From positions 1 through 56,822 of the forward strand of contig JBDKFG010000028.1 of the NCBI GenBank assembly GCA_039798785.1: a DNA stretch of 56,822 nucleotides, in the 5' to 3' direction. Both the position numbers and the translations under genes were made by a program. The DNA comes from Verrucomicrobiota bacterium. Lineage in GTDB: Bacteria > Verrucomicrobiota > Lentisphaeria > Lentisphaerales > Lentisphaeraceae. Numbering within the stretch: position 1 is the first letter of the stretch; every line of letters starts with the position of its first letter. Of this stretch, positions 23,363 through 34,014 are shown in pieces. The notes below the pieces were generated by a model that saw only the letters and a list, made by a program, of their open reading frames with translations, had not been told where the DNA came from and made no database searches.

Positions 23363-24223
23363 ATGACCTTGCTCCTCTCCGCCCTGCTTCTTTGCGCTCC
23401 CGCCCCTTCGCAGGCTGACGCCGCCCCCCTCAGCGCCGCGGCTCCGGCCGATCCGGATTTCGCCAGCCTGAGCCTCGACGAAGCGGGCCTGCGCTTCAAC
23501 AACTGGACTCTTGATCTTTCCCGGCGCATCGTCGAGAAAGACGCCCGCTCCATCGACGCCGCTGTCGACCGCATCTTCGCAGCCTACGAGCTGCTCAGCA
23601 AGCGCTTCCCAGAGAGACAGCCCAGATGGGATGACGACCTGATCCAGAGCGTCGCCGGCTTTTCCTGGACACGCCTCGAGCCGATCGTCCGTCGTCGCCT
23701 CGAGCAAATGAAGGCCAACAACGAGAAGGCCCAGTGGTCGGCCGCCGGGCAAGCCTGGCGCGAGCACGCATGGGACGGCAAGGACGCAGTCTTCGCCGGG
23801 CCCCTTCTCGGCGGCGGCGAAGTCGACGTCGCCAAGGATTACAAGGGCAAATGGACTCTGGTCCAGGTCTGGGACATGGGATGCGGCCCTTGTGTCCGCG
23901 AGATTCCCCACATCCAGGCGATGGTCAAGAAGATGGGAGACAAGGCTCCGCAGGTCATCGGCGTCTGCCTCGACGCTGATTTCCGTCGCGATGAAGTCGC
24001 CCCCTTCCTGGCTCAGCGCAAAGTCGCTTGGCCGCAGATCTTCGACGGCAAAGGCTTCCGGGGCAAGATCTGCACCGATTACAAGATCCGCTCGATACCC
24101 ACCGTCTTCCTTGTCAATCCGGAGGCCAAGATCGCCGGTCTCATCCAGCAGGACACCTTTGACTGGGCGGTCGAGCGCCACATAAAGCACTACGAAGAGC
24201 GCAAGGCGGCGATCAAGCCTTGA
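23363..24223 (+). CDS. TlpA-like thioredoxin/disulfide reductase family protein
   Basis: Signal peptide; WDMGCGPCVREIP, WPQIFDG, IRSIPTVFLV. Confidence 0.8.
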   Translation: MTLLLSALLLCAPAPSQADAAPLSAAAPADPDFASLSLDEAGLRFNNWTLDLSRRIVEKDARSIDAAVDRIFAAYELLSKRFPERQPRWDDDLIQSVAGFSWTRLEPIVRRRLEQMKANNEKAQWSAAGQAWREHAWDGKDAVFAGPLLGGGEVDVAKDYKGKWTLVQVWDMGCGPCVREIPHIQAMVKKMGDKAPQVIGVCLDADFRRDEVAPFLAQRKVAWPQIFDGKGFRGKICTDYKIRSIPTVFLVNPEAKIAGLIQQDTFDWAVERHIKHYEERKAAIKP

Positions 24224-24268
24224 TGGCCTGGATCGAGATCTTCGCGATGATCCCAGCCTGACGGCAGA

Positions 24269-25123
24269 TCACGGGCGGAGCTTCCGCCAGATCGCCGCCG
24301 CCGGGACGAGGCCGGCGAGGAAGAGGACGGAGAGGTGGGCCTGGGGCAGGTCCCAGTGGTTGCCGAGGACGAAGGCGGGGAGGACGGCGGCCAGGGCGAG
24401 CAGGGGGGCGAGCCAGAAGCGGGGGGCGAAGTCGCGGCTGAAGCGGCGGGCGGCGAGGGCGGGCAGGATCAGGCAGCCGAAGGTGTAGAGGACGCCGGCG
24501 CTGACCAATGAGACCCCGAGAACGAGCCCGGCGAAGAAGGCGAAGGCGAATTCGAGGCGATGCACCGGCAGGCCCTGGGCCAGGGCCTGGGGACGATCGG
24601 CGAGAACCAGGCAGAGCGAGTGGCGCCATTCGAAGGAGAAGACGAAGAGAAAGGCGACCAGCAGGCCCTGGCAGAGCATCTCGCCGTGGCTGCTGCCCAG
24701 GACGGTGGAGGCCAGCACCGCCGCGATCTGATTGCTGGCTTCGGGGCTGCGGCTGAGGCAAAGGGCGGTGCCGGCGGCGCCGACCAGATAGATCCAGCCG
24801 GTGACCCCTTCGGGATGGCGGCGGCCCGAGTCGCTGCAGAAGGCCCAGAGGCAGCAGGGCAGGGCGGCGAGACTGGCCAGCAGCATCGGCATCCAGCGCA
24901 GCTGGTCGCAATCGAGACAGGCGCCGCCGGCGAGGCCGAGGGCGCCCGCCGCCGCGACGCCGAAGGTCGCCGCCTGGGTGCAGGCGACGCCGATGAAGAT
25001 CTGGGCGCGGGCGACCAGGCCGACGCCGAGCAGGGCGAGGCCGGCGGCGAGCAGCCAGGCCGAGAGATAGGTGTCTTGGAAAAGCCCCCAGGTGTCGATG
25101 AAGGCGCGAAGGATTTCAGTCAT
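24269..25123 (-). CDS. Zn/Mn ABC transporter permease (ZnuB-like)
   Basis: Highly hydrophobic; GVLYTFGCLILPA; operon with ATPase and binding protein. Confidence 0.78.
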   Translation of the reverse strand: MTEILRAFIDTWGLFQDTYLSAWLLAAGLALLGVGLVARAQIFIGVACTQAATFGVAAAGALGLAGGACLDCDQLRWMPMLLASLAALPCCLWAFCSDSGRRHPEGVTGWIYLVGAAGTALCLSRSPEASNQIAAVLASTVLGSSHGEMLCQGLLVAFLFVFSFEWRHSLCLVLADRPQALAQGLPVHRLEFAFAFFAGLVLGVSLVSAGVLYTFGCLILPALAARRFSRDFAPRFWLAPLLALAAVLPAFVLGNHWDLPQAHLSVLFLAGLVPAAAIWRKLRP

Positions 25124-25742
25124 CGGCGGGCTCCTGCCTGCCGATGACGAGGCGGCGCCAGGAGGCCTCGGGATAGGCTTGGTGATGATGGCTGACCAGG
25201 ACGATGCTGATCCCTTCGGCGCGCAGGGATTCGATCAGGGAGCGGAGGCGGCGGCGGGCTTCGGCGTCGAGGCCGGCCTCGGGTTCGTCGAGGAGAAGGA
25301 GTTCGGGGCGGCGGACCAGGGCCCGGGCGATCAGGACGCGGCGGAGCTGGCCGCCGGAAAGCTGGTGGCAGTCGCGTCCGGCGAGGTCCGTCGCCTCGAC
25401 TTGCGCCAGGGCTTCTTCGATGCGGCGGCGGGGCTGATCGGCTGCCGCCGCGCCGAGCAGGCCGAGTCCGACGAATTCGGCGACGCGGCTCGGGGTGTCG
25501 GCGTCCCAGCTGGAATCCTGGGGGACGAAGCCGCAGCGGCGGCGTTCGAGGCGGCAGCTGCCGGCGAGGGGGGCGACCTGTCCGGCGAGGGTCTTGAGGA
25601 GGGTGCTCTTGCCGCCGCCGTTGTTGCCGAGGACGAGCCAGGACTCGCCGCGTCGCAGGACCCAGTCGAGGGGTCCGAAGACCGGCTGTCGATAACCCAG
25701 GACCAGCCCTGAGCATTCCCCGAGAATGTCACTCATCCGCAC
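25116..25742 (-). CDS. Zn/Mn ABC transporter ATPase (ZnuC-like)
   Basis: GNNGGGKST, GFVPQ, LSGGQ, LLLLDEP. Confidence 0.85.
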   Translation of the reverse strand: MRMSDILGECSGLVLGYRQPVFGPLDWVLRRGESWLVLGNNGGGKSTLLKTLAGQVAPLAGSCRLERRRCGFVPQDSSWDADTPSRVAEFVGLGLLGAAAADQPRRRIEEALAQVEATDLAGRDCHQLSGGQLRRVLIARALVRRPELLLLDEPEAGLDAEARRRLRSLIESLRAEGISIVLVSHHHQAYPEASWRRLVIGRQEPADD

Positions 25743-25809
25743 CCGACTCCTGAAATTTTGCCAGGCGCCAAGCTAGGCGCGGATCGCTTTTCTGCTTCCC
25801 GGCGCGGCC

Positions 25810-26814
25810 TCATTTGGCCAGGGCTTTCGCCAGGCCGTCGAGATTGTGCCGCAGGCTCTTGAGATAGCTGTCGCAATCGGCCAGGCCGCCGCACTGGTGG
25901 CACATCGGCACCGCGGGGATGCCGGCCTTGTCGTGGACGAGGCGGATGATCTTTTCGGGGAAGTAGGGGCCGGCCAGGAGGGCCTTGGCCTTGCCGCCCT
26001 GATAGGTGTCGATCAGCTTCTTCAGATGGGCGGTGCTGGGCGGCACTCCGGGCTCGGACTCGAGGGTGTCGACGACTTTCAGGCCGAAGCGTTCGGTCAG
26101 GTAGATGTAGAAGTCGTGGTCGACCAGCAGGCTGGCTCCCTGGGCCGGGGCGAGGCTGGCGATCCAGCCGCCGGCGGCCGGATCGCGGCGCAGCTCCTCG
26201 TCCTTGCCGGCGATCAGCAGCGCCGCGACGCCTTCGTCGCCGCGGGCGGCGCAGAGCTTTTCCCCGACCATGGCGGCCAGGATCTCGTGGCGCCAGGTCT
26301 TGAAGTTGGCGTCGAAGGCATCCTTCTGCGCCGGGCGCAATTCGGCGAGGCGCTGGCGCAGGCCTGCGGCGACGCGGAGGCCGTTGACCGGGTCGAGGAG
26401 GTAGTGGGGGTTGCCGGCGCCGTGGACGTGGCCCTTGCGGGTGATCCCGGCCTTCGAGTCCTGCTTGACGTCGACCAGGCTGGAGGCGTCGAGACAGCCG
26501 GGTTTGCCGTTCTGCACCTTGGGATTGCGGCAGTTCTCCTGCAGCACCGGCAGCCAGCCCGCCTCGAGCTCGAGGCCGTTGAGAATCAGCAGATCGGCCT
26601 GGCGCAGCTCGACCGTGAAGGAGGGCTTGGCCTGGATGAAGTGGGGATTCTGCGGCCCCTTGACGAAACTGCTGACCTTCGCGTCCTTGCCGGCGATGCT
26701 CTGGGCGATGTCGGCGAGGTCGGGGGTGGTGGCGCAGATGCGCAGCGGCTTTTCCTCTTCGGCCTGAAGCAGGAGGCTGGTGGCGAGAAGGAGGATGCTG
26801 ATGAGTCGTTTCAT
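25810..26814 (-). CDS. Zn ABC transporter substrate-binding protein (ZnuA/TroA family)
   Basis: QNPHF, NGLELEAGWL, GHVHGAGNPHYLLDP, PGVPPSTAHL. Confidence 0.88.
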   Translation of the reverse strand: MKRLISILLLATSLLLQAEEEKPLRICATTPDLADIAQSIAGKDAKVSSFVKGPQNPHFIQAKPSFTVELRQADLLILNGLELEAGWLPVLQENCRNPKVQNGKPGCLDASSLVDVKQDSKAGITRKGHVHGAGNPHYLLDPVNGLRVAAGLRQRLAELRPAQKDAFDANFKTWRHEILAAMVGEKLCAARGDEGVAALLIAGKDEELRRDPAAGGWIASLAPAQGASLLVDHDFYIYLTERFGLKVVDTLESEPGVPPSTAHLKKLIDTYQGGKAKALLAGPYFPEKIIRLVHDKAGIPAVPMCHQCGGLADCDSYLKSLRHNLDGLAKALAK

Positions 26815-26829
26815 GTTCTTCCTCGGGGA

Positions 26830-28275
26830 TCAGAAGCGGTGGGCGGGGTGGCTGCCGAGGGTCATGTCGAAGCCGAGCCAGACGGAGTGGGCGGGCGAGT
26901 CGAGATGGGCGGCGCGGTCGTAGTTGTACTGCAGGCGCAGGCGGGTCTGTTCGTTGAAGTGGTAGTCGAGCAGGGGGCTGATGCGGACGCGGTTGTCGCG
27001 GCTCGGATCCTGGTTGCGGCTGTAGGCTTCGGCTTCCTCATAGCTGTCGCCGCTGCCGCGCAGGACTTCGCCCCGCAGGCCGATGCCCCAGGTGTTGTCG
27101 AGGCTGTGCACCACTTCCGAGTAGGCGCCCCAGTCGCGCAGGGTGTCGGACCCGAGGGAGATCGGATCGCCGTTCTCGTCCTCGCCGGAGAAGCCGTCGC
27201 CGCGGTAGTGGCGCTGCATGATCTCCGACTGCCAGATCCAGGCGGGTCGCTGCAGACTCTCGCCTTCCCACTTCATCACCAGGTCGACGCCGCTGAGGGC
27301 GGTCAGGCCGCCGCTGTGGTTCTTGCCGAGCGCCCCCGAGAGGCCGAGCTGGGCCTCGGCGCCGAGGCTGTCGAGCTGGCCGGCGTTGACCCAGCGGCCG
27401 CTGAGCAGGGTGTCGCCGAGATCGCGGGTTTCGCGGGAATGATAAGGGTAGCCGCCGACACCTTCTTCGAAGCCGTGCTCGGCATGCTCCTCGTCGTCGT
27501 GGACATGGCCGGCGCCGCGGAAGGAGGCGGTGTGGTCGCCGCCGCTGTTCTGCAGGCCGACGATGAATTCGCTGTACCAGTCGACCGGGGCCAGCCAGGA
27601 GAGCTGGGCTCCGACGGCCCGCATGCCGTCGGCGCCGAGCAGGCGGCTGACGACGAGACCGCGGTCGATGAAGGTCCAGTTGTGGGGATGACGGGTGTTG
27701 GAGTAGCCGAATTCGGTGTAGTAGTAGCCCATCTTGAGCTGCAGGTCGGCGGGCATCTCGCGGGTCTTGACGTAGGCCTCCTCGAGCTCGATCTCGTCCT
27801 CCAGGAAGACGACGTTGGCCTGGGAGTCGAAGAGGCCGCCAAGCTCGCCGCCGATGCCGAGCTCGACCCCCTGCAAGGTGAAGCCGCGGCGCTTCGGGTC
27901 GTGGCCGCCGGCGTTGAGCTCCTCCAGCTGGCTGTCGGTGGCGGTGGAAGCGCCGCCGACGATGCTGGTGCTGAGCGAGAAGCGCAGGCCATCGGCGGCT
28001 TTTTTCAGGCCTACGAGCGGACCGCCCCCGAGCGACAGACGCTGCGCCTCGCCGCGCTGGTACTGCGACACCGCTTCCGCGGTTTCAGCCTGCCGCGTCT
28101 CCATCTCCTTCACCTGGTCGCGCAGCTGCTCGACTTCGCCGTCGCGCTTCTCGAGCTGCTCTTGCATCTTCTTCATTTGCACTTCCATCCGCTCGAGACG
28201 GGCTTCGGCGGACTCCTGGGCGGCGGCGCTGAGGCCGATGAGGAGGAGGGTCAAAAAGGCGGGTTTGAGAGGCAT
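26830..28275 (-). CDS. Outer-membrane beta-barrel, putative zinc-uptake porin
   Basis: Signal peptide, coiled coil, ELEEAY, NTRHPHNW, His-rich loop GHVHDDEEHAEH, C-terminal GSHPAHRF; upstream of znuA. Confidence 0.75.
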   Translation of the reverse strand: MPLKPAFLTLLLIGLSAAAQESAEARLERMEVQMKKMQEQLEKRDGEVEQLRDQVKEMETRQAETAEAVSQYQRGEAQRLSLGGGPLVGLKKAADGLRFSLSTSIVGGASTATDSQLEELNAGGHDPKRRGFTLQGVELGIGGELGGLFDSQANVVFLEDEIELEEAYVKTREMPADLQLKMGYYYTEFGYSNTRHPHNWTFIDRGLVVSRLLGADGMRAVGAQLSWLAPVDWYSEFIVGLQNSGGDHTASFRGAGHVHDDEEHAEHGFEEGVGGYPYHSRETRDLGDTLLSGRWVNAGQLDSLGAEAQLGLSGALGKNHSGGLTALSGVDLVMKWEGESLQRPAWIWQSEIMQRHYRGDGFSGEDENGDPISLGSDTLRDWGAYSEVVHSLDNTWGIGLRGEVLRGSGDSYEEAEAYSRNQDPSRDNRVRISPLLDYHFNEQTRLRLQYNYDRAAHLDSPAHSVWLGFDMTLGSHPAHRF

Positions 28276-28313
28276 GGCATGGGCTCCGATGCGTTATGGG
28301 TCTTCATGAGAGA

Positions 28314-28339
28314 GGGGGCGGACATACGGGTCCGCCCCC
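28314..28339. repeat. GC-rich hairpin (REP-like or terminator/attenuator)
   Basis: GGGGGCGGAC-ATACGG-GTCCGCCCCC, perfect 10-bp stem. Confidence 0.6.
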
Positions 28340-28370
28340 GAGAGAGAGCAACAGGAAGGGAGTCAGGCGG

Positions 28371-28583
28371 TCAAGCTTTCTTTTCCGGGCACTTCATCGA
28401 TTTGAAGGCCGCTTCGGTGATGAAGCGGGTGAGGTTGCTGCCCTCGTCCTGCCCTTTGACCGCGTAGCGGGTGCTGGTCTTGCCACTGGCGCCTTCCTTG
28501 GTGTATTTCACTTTCCAGCAGGCGGCAAGCGGGACTTCAACCTGGCTGCGCTTCTTGACCGAATAAAAACTGACTTTGCTCAT
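28371..28583 (-). CDS. Small basic protein (70 aa), DUF5679-like but lacking the Zn-ribbon cysteines
   Basis: AAGGA RBS before ATG 28583; MSKVSFYSVKKRSQVEV...RYAVKGQDEGSNLTRFI. Family resemblance is from memory. Confidence 0.7.
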   Translation of the reverse strand: MSKVSFYSVKKRSQVEVPLAACWKVKYTKEGASGKTSTRYAVKGQDEGSNLTRFITEAAFKSMKCPEKKA

Positions 28584-28624
28584 TGTGAGGTCCTTTTTCA
28601 TGGGGGTTCTGGTTCTGGGGTGGT

Positions 28625-28648
28625 GTAACGATAAAGTATTCTCATTAC
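28625..28648. promoter_or_regulatory. Candidate Fur-family (Zur) operator
   Basis: AT-rich imperfect palindrome GTAACGATA-AAGTAT-TCTCATTAC upstream of the porin/znu operon. Confidence 0.55.
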
Positions 28649-28682
28649 CGTTTGGTGTCAAGTGTGGTGCGCGGGATTTTGC

Positions 28683-29956
<1,274 letters not shown>

Positions 29957-29960
<4 letters not shown>

Positions 29961-30796
29961 TCGCCTCGGCAGATGTTTTTGAAGTTGAATGGGTCGGCGT
30001 AGTCCTCCCAGGCCGCGGGACCGGCATCCATCTCCCGGTCCGTCAAGAGGCAGGAGTCGAGACGCTTGCGCAAGCTGGCGAAGTCGAGTTCGGGACCGAT
30101 GAAGAGGATGTCCTGGCGGCGGTCGCCCCAGGGGCCGGCGATGAAGGAGGCGGCATAATCCTGGGTGTAGGGGTCGAAGCAGTGGCCGGCAATGCGGGCG
30201 GCGACCAGCCAGAGTCCGCCATCGACGATGTGCAGGTCGGGGCCGCGCAGATGGAGTTCGGCGGCATGGTCGAGGCCTGGGGCGAGCCAGAGGTAGCCGG
30301 CGGCGCGGAGAAGACCCCGGGGCAGATCGAGAAGGAGGTCTTCCAGCCGCTCGGGGTGGAAGGGGCGCCTAGCCTGGTAGAGGTGCCGCCCGGGGCCCGG
30401 GGGGCCAGGGAAGGCCGCGTCCTGACGCTGCGCTGCTGCGGCAAGACGCGCCAGGGGCCAGCCATCGACCTGTTGCAAGGTGTCGAACTGCAGGATGGCG
30501 GATTGCGGAGCCAGGGCTTTCAGCATCGGCAGCGCGAGAAGACGAGAGACTCTTTCCCCATGGAGTATGATCAGGTGAGATTCTTCGAGTCTGTCGATGG
30601 TTTCCGCCGCAGGGCTGTCTTCGTCTTCCGTGGCGAGTCCGGGGGATTCCATCAGGCCGAGAAAGGTGGCGGCTTCGATGGCGACGACGGCGGTGTCTGT
30701 GTCGTTCTCGAGCTGCCCTTCCGAGGGGAGCCAAGAGCGGAGCTTTTCAGCATCGTCAGGCGGGAGGGAGTGGATGCTCATGGATGCAGTTTTCAT
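29957..30796 (-). CDS. Degenerate CobW paralog retaining the CobW C-terminal domain
   Basis: [40 protein letters not shown]; no Walker A or CxCC. Confidence 0.75.
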
Positions 30797-30852
30797 CGGG
30801 GGCTCCTATTGGTAGTTTGCCAGGAAGCAGGTTCTTAAATCTAAATAACTAT

Positions 30853-30870
30853 ATAACGATATTTCATTAT
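30853..30870. promoter_or_regulatory. Candidate Fur-family (Zur) operator upstream of the CobW pair
   Basis: ATAACGATA-TTTCATTAT; same half-sites as 28625-28648. Confidence 0.55.
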
Positions 30871-31150
30871 CAATAGGTGGCGGCGCATCAATTCCCGCCG
30901 GGGCATTAAGGCGGTTGAATGAAGTCGGACTGGCGGGCGTCACTCTTCGGCCAAGCGCGGATGCATCCAAACACCCGCAGTCATCGGGGCCAGCTCATTC
31001 ACCACCTGCTTCTGTTCTTGGCCCTGATTTCCGGGCCGGGGGCCGCGGCATCGCCGGCTTACAACCCCGCTATGGCCACCCCCTCTCCTGAGGATCCGAC
31101 GACAGAGTCGTTGCATCTATTTGATCATAAGCCTTTTGAGCAAGTCGTAG

Positions 31151-31310
31151 ATGTTTATGTTGTTCGCACCGCGCGAGGACGGCTTCGTCACGCTGGAAAT
31201 CGCCTGCTACGCCCATGCCCGCCGCAAGTTCAAGGAGGCCTCGAAGGCCGCCGGGGCCAAGCACAGCGCCGGCTTACACATCTACGACTTGCTCAAATGG
31301 ATCAACAAAC
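31151..31310 (+). pseudogene. IS66-family transposase (TnpC) fragment
   Basis: Translates EIACYAHARRKFKEA, matching the IS66 C(W/Y)AHARRKF motif; truncated on both sides. Confidence 0.7.
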
Positions 31311-31465
31311 TTTCGTGGCTCGATGGCTGGCCTGCCCGCGCCCCTGTCAACGCTTCGACCTGCGCCTCGCGGCGCCTGACGCATGACTCGGGGACAGCGT
31401 GACTCGCTATGTCTTCGCTGTAGAGGACTTTCACCTTTTACTCCTTGCCGGTTTCTCCGGCGCAC
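31310..31465 (-). mobile_element. 5' fragment (domain I start) of a bacterial group II intron
   Basis: Minus strand starts GTGCGCCGGAGAAACCGGCAAGGAG..GGTGAAAGTCC..CCCCGAGTCATGCG..GAAGCGTTGACAGGGG..GCAGGCCAGCCATCGAGCC. No IEP or DV/DVI seen. Confidence 0.78.
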
Positions 31466-31546
31466 TTGTGATCTTTGTGTTTTCTGTGGCGAACGAGCTG
31501 TTGTTCATTTGGTTCCGGCTACGCTCGGATAGGATTTTAACGCAGC

Positions 31547-33085
31547 TCACCAGTTCACCTTCAAGGCGCGCAACTGCTGACGTTCCCCTTCGTTGAGTTC
31601 GCCGCTCTTGGGATCCCAGGCCACCGCTGGAGATGCGGGCCAGAGGAGGAAGTCGCCGTCGTGGGTGCTGGCCTGGCCACGCAACCAGAATCCTTCGTCG
31701 CCGATGGCCGTCCGGGAGTGCCAGGCGCTAGCGAAGGGCTTGCCGCCGTCGTCGTCGAGATCGGTGCCCTTCGACCAGATCCGCGGCGCGCCGCTCTGCA
31801 GAGAATAACAGAGGCTGCCACCGGTGAGCGGATCTTCGATCAGTTTCGCCTCGGGCAGCAGGGGTATCAGTCCCTCCAGGCGCTCGGGCCAGTGCTTCTG
31901 GCGCAGATGGTAGCGGTGCAACGCCAGGCCGAGAAGCAGGCCGCGCTGGCGCAAGAGGAAGAGATCCTCCTCCCAGGCGAAACTCGAGTCGCGCTCGGCC
32001 GCAAACGTGGCGATACGGGGAATCAGCGGCAGCACTTCCAGATTCAGATTCTTGAACAGGGGAGGCACAGCCTTGTAATCGACCGTCAATTTCACCGCCT
32101 GCCAAGCCGCGGCGTCGCGATGGTCGCGTCGCCAGGCCTCCTTCGCGGCCTTGATCTCGTGCAGTCGACGGACGCCGTCCTCGCGGCCTTCGCTAAAAGG
32201 CAGGAGGAGAGGAATCCCGGCACAGATCAGGTGATTGATCCAGTCGTTTCCCCGCATATCCCTCTTCAAGGCCAGATGGATCTGTCGCGGCGACAAATGC
32301 CCACGACCTTGGGCGTCGCAGGTGAAGAGGTGGTTGAGGACATAATCGCCTTGCAGGCTGACTGCGACCTCCGGCAATTTTTGAGCGTGGATCCGGCGTT
32401 GGCAGGCGAGCAGGAGCTCATCGGAAAGCCGGCCTTCGGGAAGCTCGGGAAAATCGCCGAGGCGATCCTCGATCTCCCCCAGCTTGGCGAGGAAGTCTTC
32501 CATCAGGAACCAGTCCTCCAACGCCTGCTCTGCGCGGCCCTCGCGGGCGGCGACCAGGCAACGAGCCCGCCAGACGCGCAGCATCCGGCAATTCACCGGC
32601 TCGGCAAGGTCGATGGGCCCTTCCTGCCGGCAGAAACTGCGGGCGGCCACCAGGCAGCTCGCCGCATCGCTGCAGTCCTCGCTCAACAAGTAATAAAGCG
32701 GCACCGCCTTCTTGGTGCGCATCAGCTCGCCGATGGCTTCGATCTCCGGGCGGCGCTGCTCAAGGAGGGCCCGCAGGGCTTTTCCTTTTTCGCATTCAGG
32801 GTGTCGGATCGCTGCTTCCGAGGTGATCCAGCCATTGGTGAAGATCGGATTTCGCTTGCGGATCTCCCTCAAGGCCGGGAGGGCGAGGCTGTCGCCCTCG
32901 GTGCTGGCCAGCAGGGCCGCTTGTCGGCGCTGCGCCTCGCTGAAACCTGGGGATCCGTTCATGTAGTAGAGGCTGAGAAGAACCCACCCGCCGAACAGCA
33001 CCAAGACGGTGCTGCTGATCGGCCGGCGGGCGATGAAGGAGCGCAGGGGCTCGAGCCAGGCCCAGAGCGACTTCAGATGGTGCAT
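31547..33085 (-). CDS. Hypothetical membrane-anchored protein with a GspG-like C-terminal motif
   Basis: 512-aa ORF, N-terminal TM, C-terminal WPERLEGL..DPLTG..WSKGTDLDDDGG. Confidence 0.7.
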   Translation of the reverse strand: MHHLKSLWAWLEPLRSFIARRPISSTVLVLFGGWVLLSLYYMNGSPGFSEAQRRQAALLASTEGDSLALPALREIRKRNPIFTNGWITSEAAIRHPECEKGKALRALLEQRRPEIEAIGELMRTKKAVPLYYLLSEDCSDAASCLVAARSFCRQEGPIDLAEPVNCRMLRVWRARCLVAAREGRAEQALEDWFLMEDFLAKLGEIEDRLGDFPELPEGRLSDELLLACQRRIHAQKLPEVAVSLQGDYVLNHLFTCDAQGRGHLSPRQIHLALKRDMRGNDWINHLICAGIPLLLPFSEGREDGVRRLHEIKAAKEAWRRDHRDAAAWQAVKLTVDYKAVPPLFKNLNLEVLPLIPRIATFAAERDSSFAWEEDLFLLRQRGLLLGLALHRYHLRQKHWPERLEGLIPLLPEAKLIEDPLTGGSLCYSLQSGAPRIWSKGTDLDDDGGKPFASAWHSRTAIGDEGFWLRGQASTHDGDFLLWPASPAVAWDPKSGELNEGERQQLRALKVNW

Positions 33086-33184
33086 GTGGAGGCCTTGTTT
33101 TGGTGATCAGCTGCTAGGCTTTTGTTTTGCATCACGGCTGCTTCAGCTCAGAGACTCTGTGCGTCTTGTCGTCCTGGCTGTCAG
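33009..33184. repeat. Direct repeat copy 1 (~175 bp; partner at 33842-34014)
   Basis: First ~95 bp differ from the partner at one position; the remainder has diverged. Confidence 0.88.
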
Positions 33185-33234
33185 AGGATGTGCCGGCCGT
33201 GGGCGAGGCCCTTGGGCAGGAGGCAATGTTGCTG

Positions 33235-33352
33235 CCTGGGAGCGCGCCAGCCCCCTGGCGCTGTTGCTAATTGCTAATTGATTTTGAGCTCCTCACGCAG
33301 CTTTCGCCTGGGGGCGAAAGCAAGGGCGCCAGAGGGCTGGCGCGCTCCCAGG
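33235..33352. repeat. REP/REPIN-like inverted repeat (27-bp arms, 1 mismatch) with an inner hairpin
   Basis: CCTGGGAGCGCGCCAGCCCCCTGGCGC ... GCGCCAGAGGGCTGGCGCGCTCCCAGG; inner GCTTTCGCC-TGGG-GGCGAAAGC. Confidence 0.8.
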
Positions 33353-33448
33353 GAACAAGGAGTCAGAGGGTCTCAATTCTTCATCTCAATTGAACATGGC
33401 CGTCATCAACTGCGCTGTTCCGGCGAAGGGTTGAGCAAAGGCTAAAGA

Positions 33449-33802
33449 TCAACCTTGGATCTTAAGATCAGCATCAGGGCTTTGAACTCCAAGGAGTTTT
33501 CTGGCGAATAGATCTACAAAATTAACAAGTTCCGGCAGGGGTTCGGCGCCGTGCTCGAAAGTCACAAATTGCCCGGACTTCCACTCTCCGACATTGAGGT
33601 TGTTGGGGAGGTGAATAGAGTGATTAGCCAAAATCTTGAGAGGCGGCTCTGAAAATGGGTATGAAGCGTTTATGGTGTCCCAAGCGATTTGAATCCAAAT
33701 ATCCGGATTGGAGTTCGACTCGAGAGTTATGCAAAAATCGTCATGCCCGTCTACGGCAGCATCTATGGCTGAGATGAAAGCTGATTCAATAAGCTTGGTC
33801 AT
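33449..33802 (-). CDS. Low-GC hypothetical protein (117 aa)
   Basis: AAGGAG RBS; visibly AT-richer than the flanks. Confidence 0.72.
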   Translation of the reverse strand: MTKLIESAFISAIDAAVDGHDDFCITLESNSNPDIWIQIAWDTINASYPFSEPPLKILANHSIHLPNNLNVGEWKSGQFVTFEHGAEPLPELVNFVDLFARKLLGVQSPDADLKIQG

Positions 33803-33841
33803 TGGAGTCTCCTTCTTTATTATGAATAAGAGATTTTCATT

Positions 33842-34014
33842 GTGCTGCTGATCGGCCGGCGGGCGATGAAGGAGCGCAGGGGCTCAAGCCAGGCCCAGAG
33901 CGACTTCAGATGGTGCATGTGGAGGCCTTGTTTTGGCGGTCAGCTGGTCGCAGGCTTTTGCATCACGGCTGCTTCAACTCGGAGACCCTGTGGATCTTGT
34001 CGTCCTTGTTGTCA
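33842..34014. repeat. Direct repeat copy 2 (3' end of the DUF2225-like gene plus truncated start of the 31547-33085 gene)
   Basis: Matches 33009-33184. Confidence 0.88.

Noticed and set aside
33240..33350. GCGCGCCAGCC shared with the a1/a2 arm of ncRNA copy A, suggesting a third unit
   Set aside because: No msr/msd core lies between the arms; an 11-bp GC-rich match within a REP-like element is likely coincidental.
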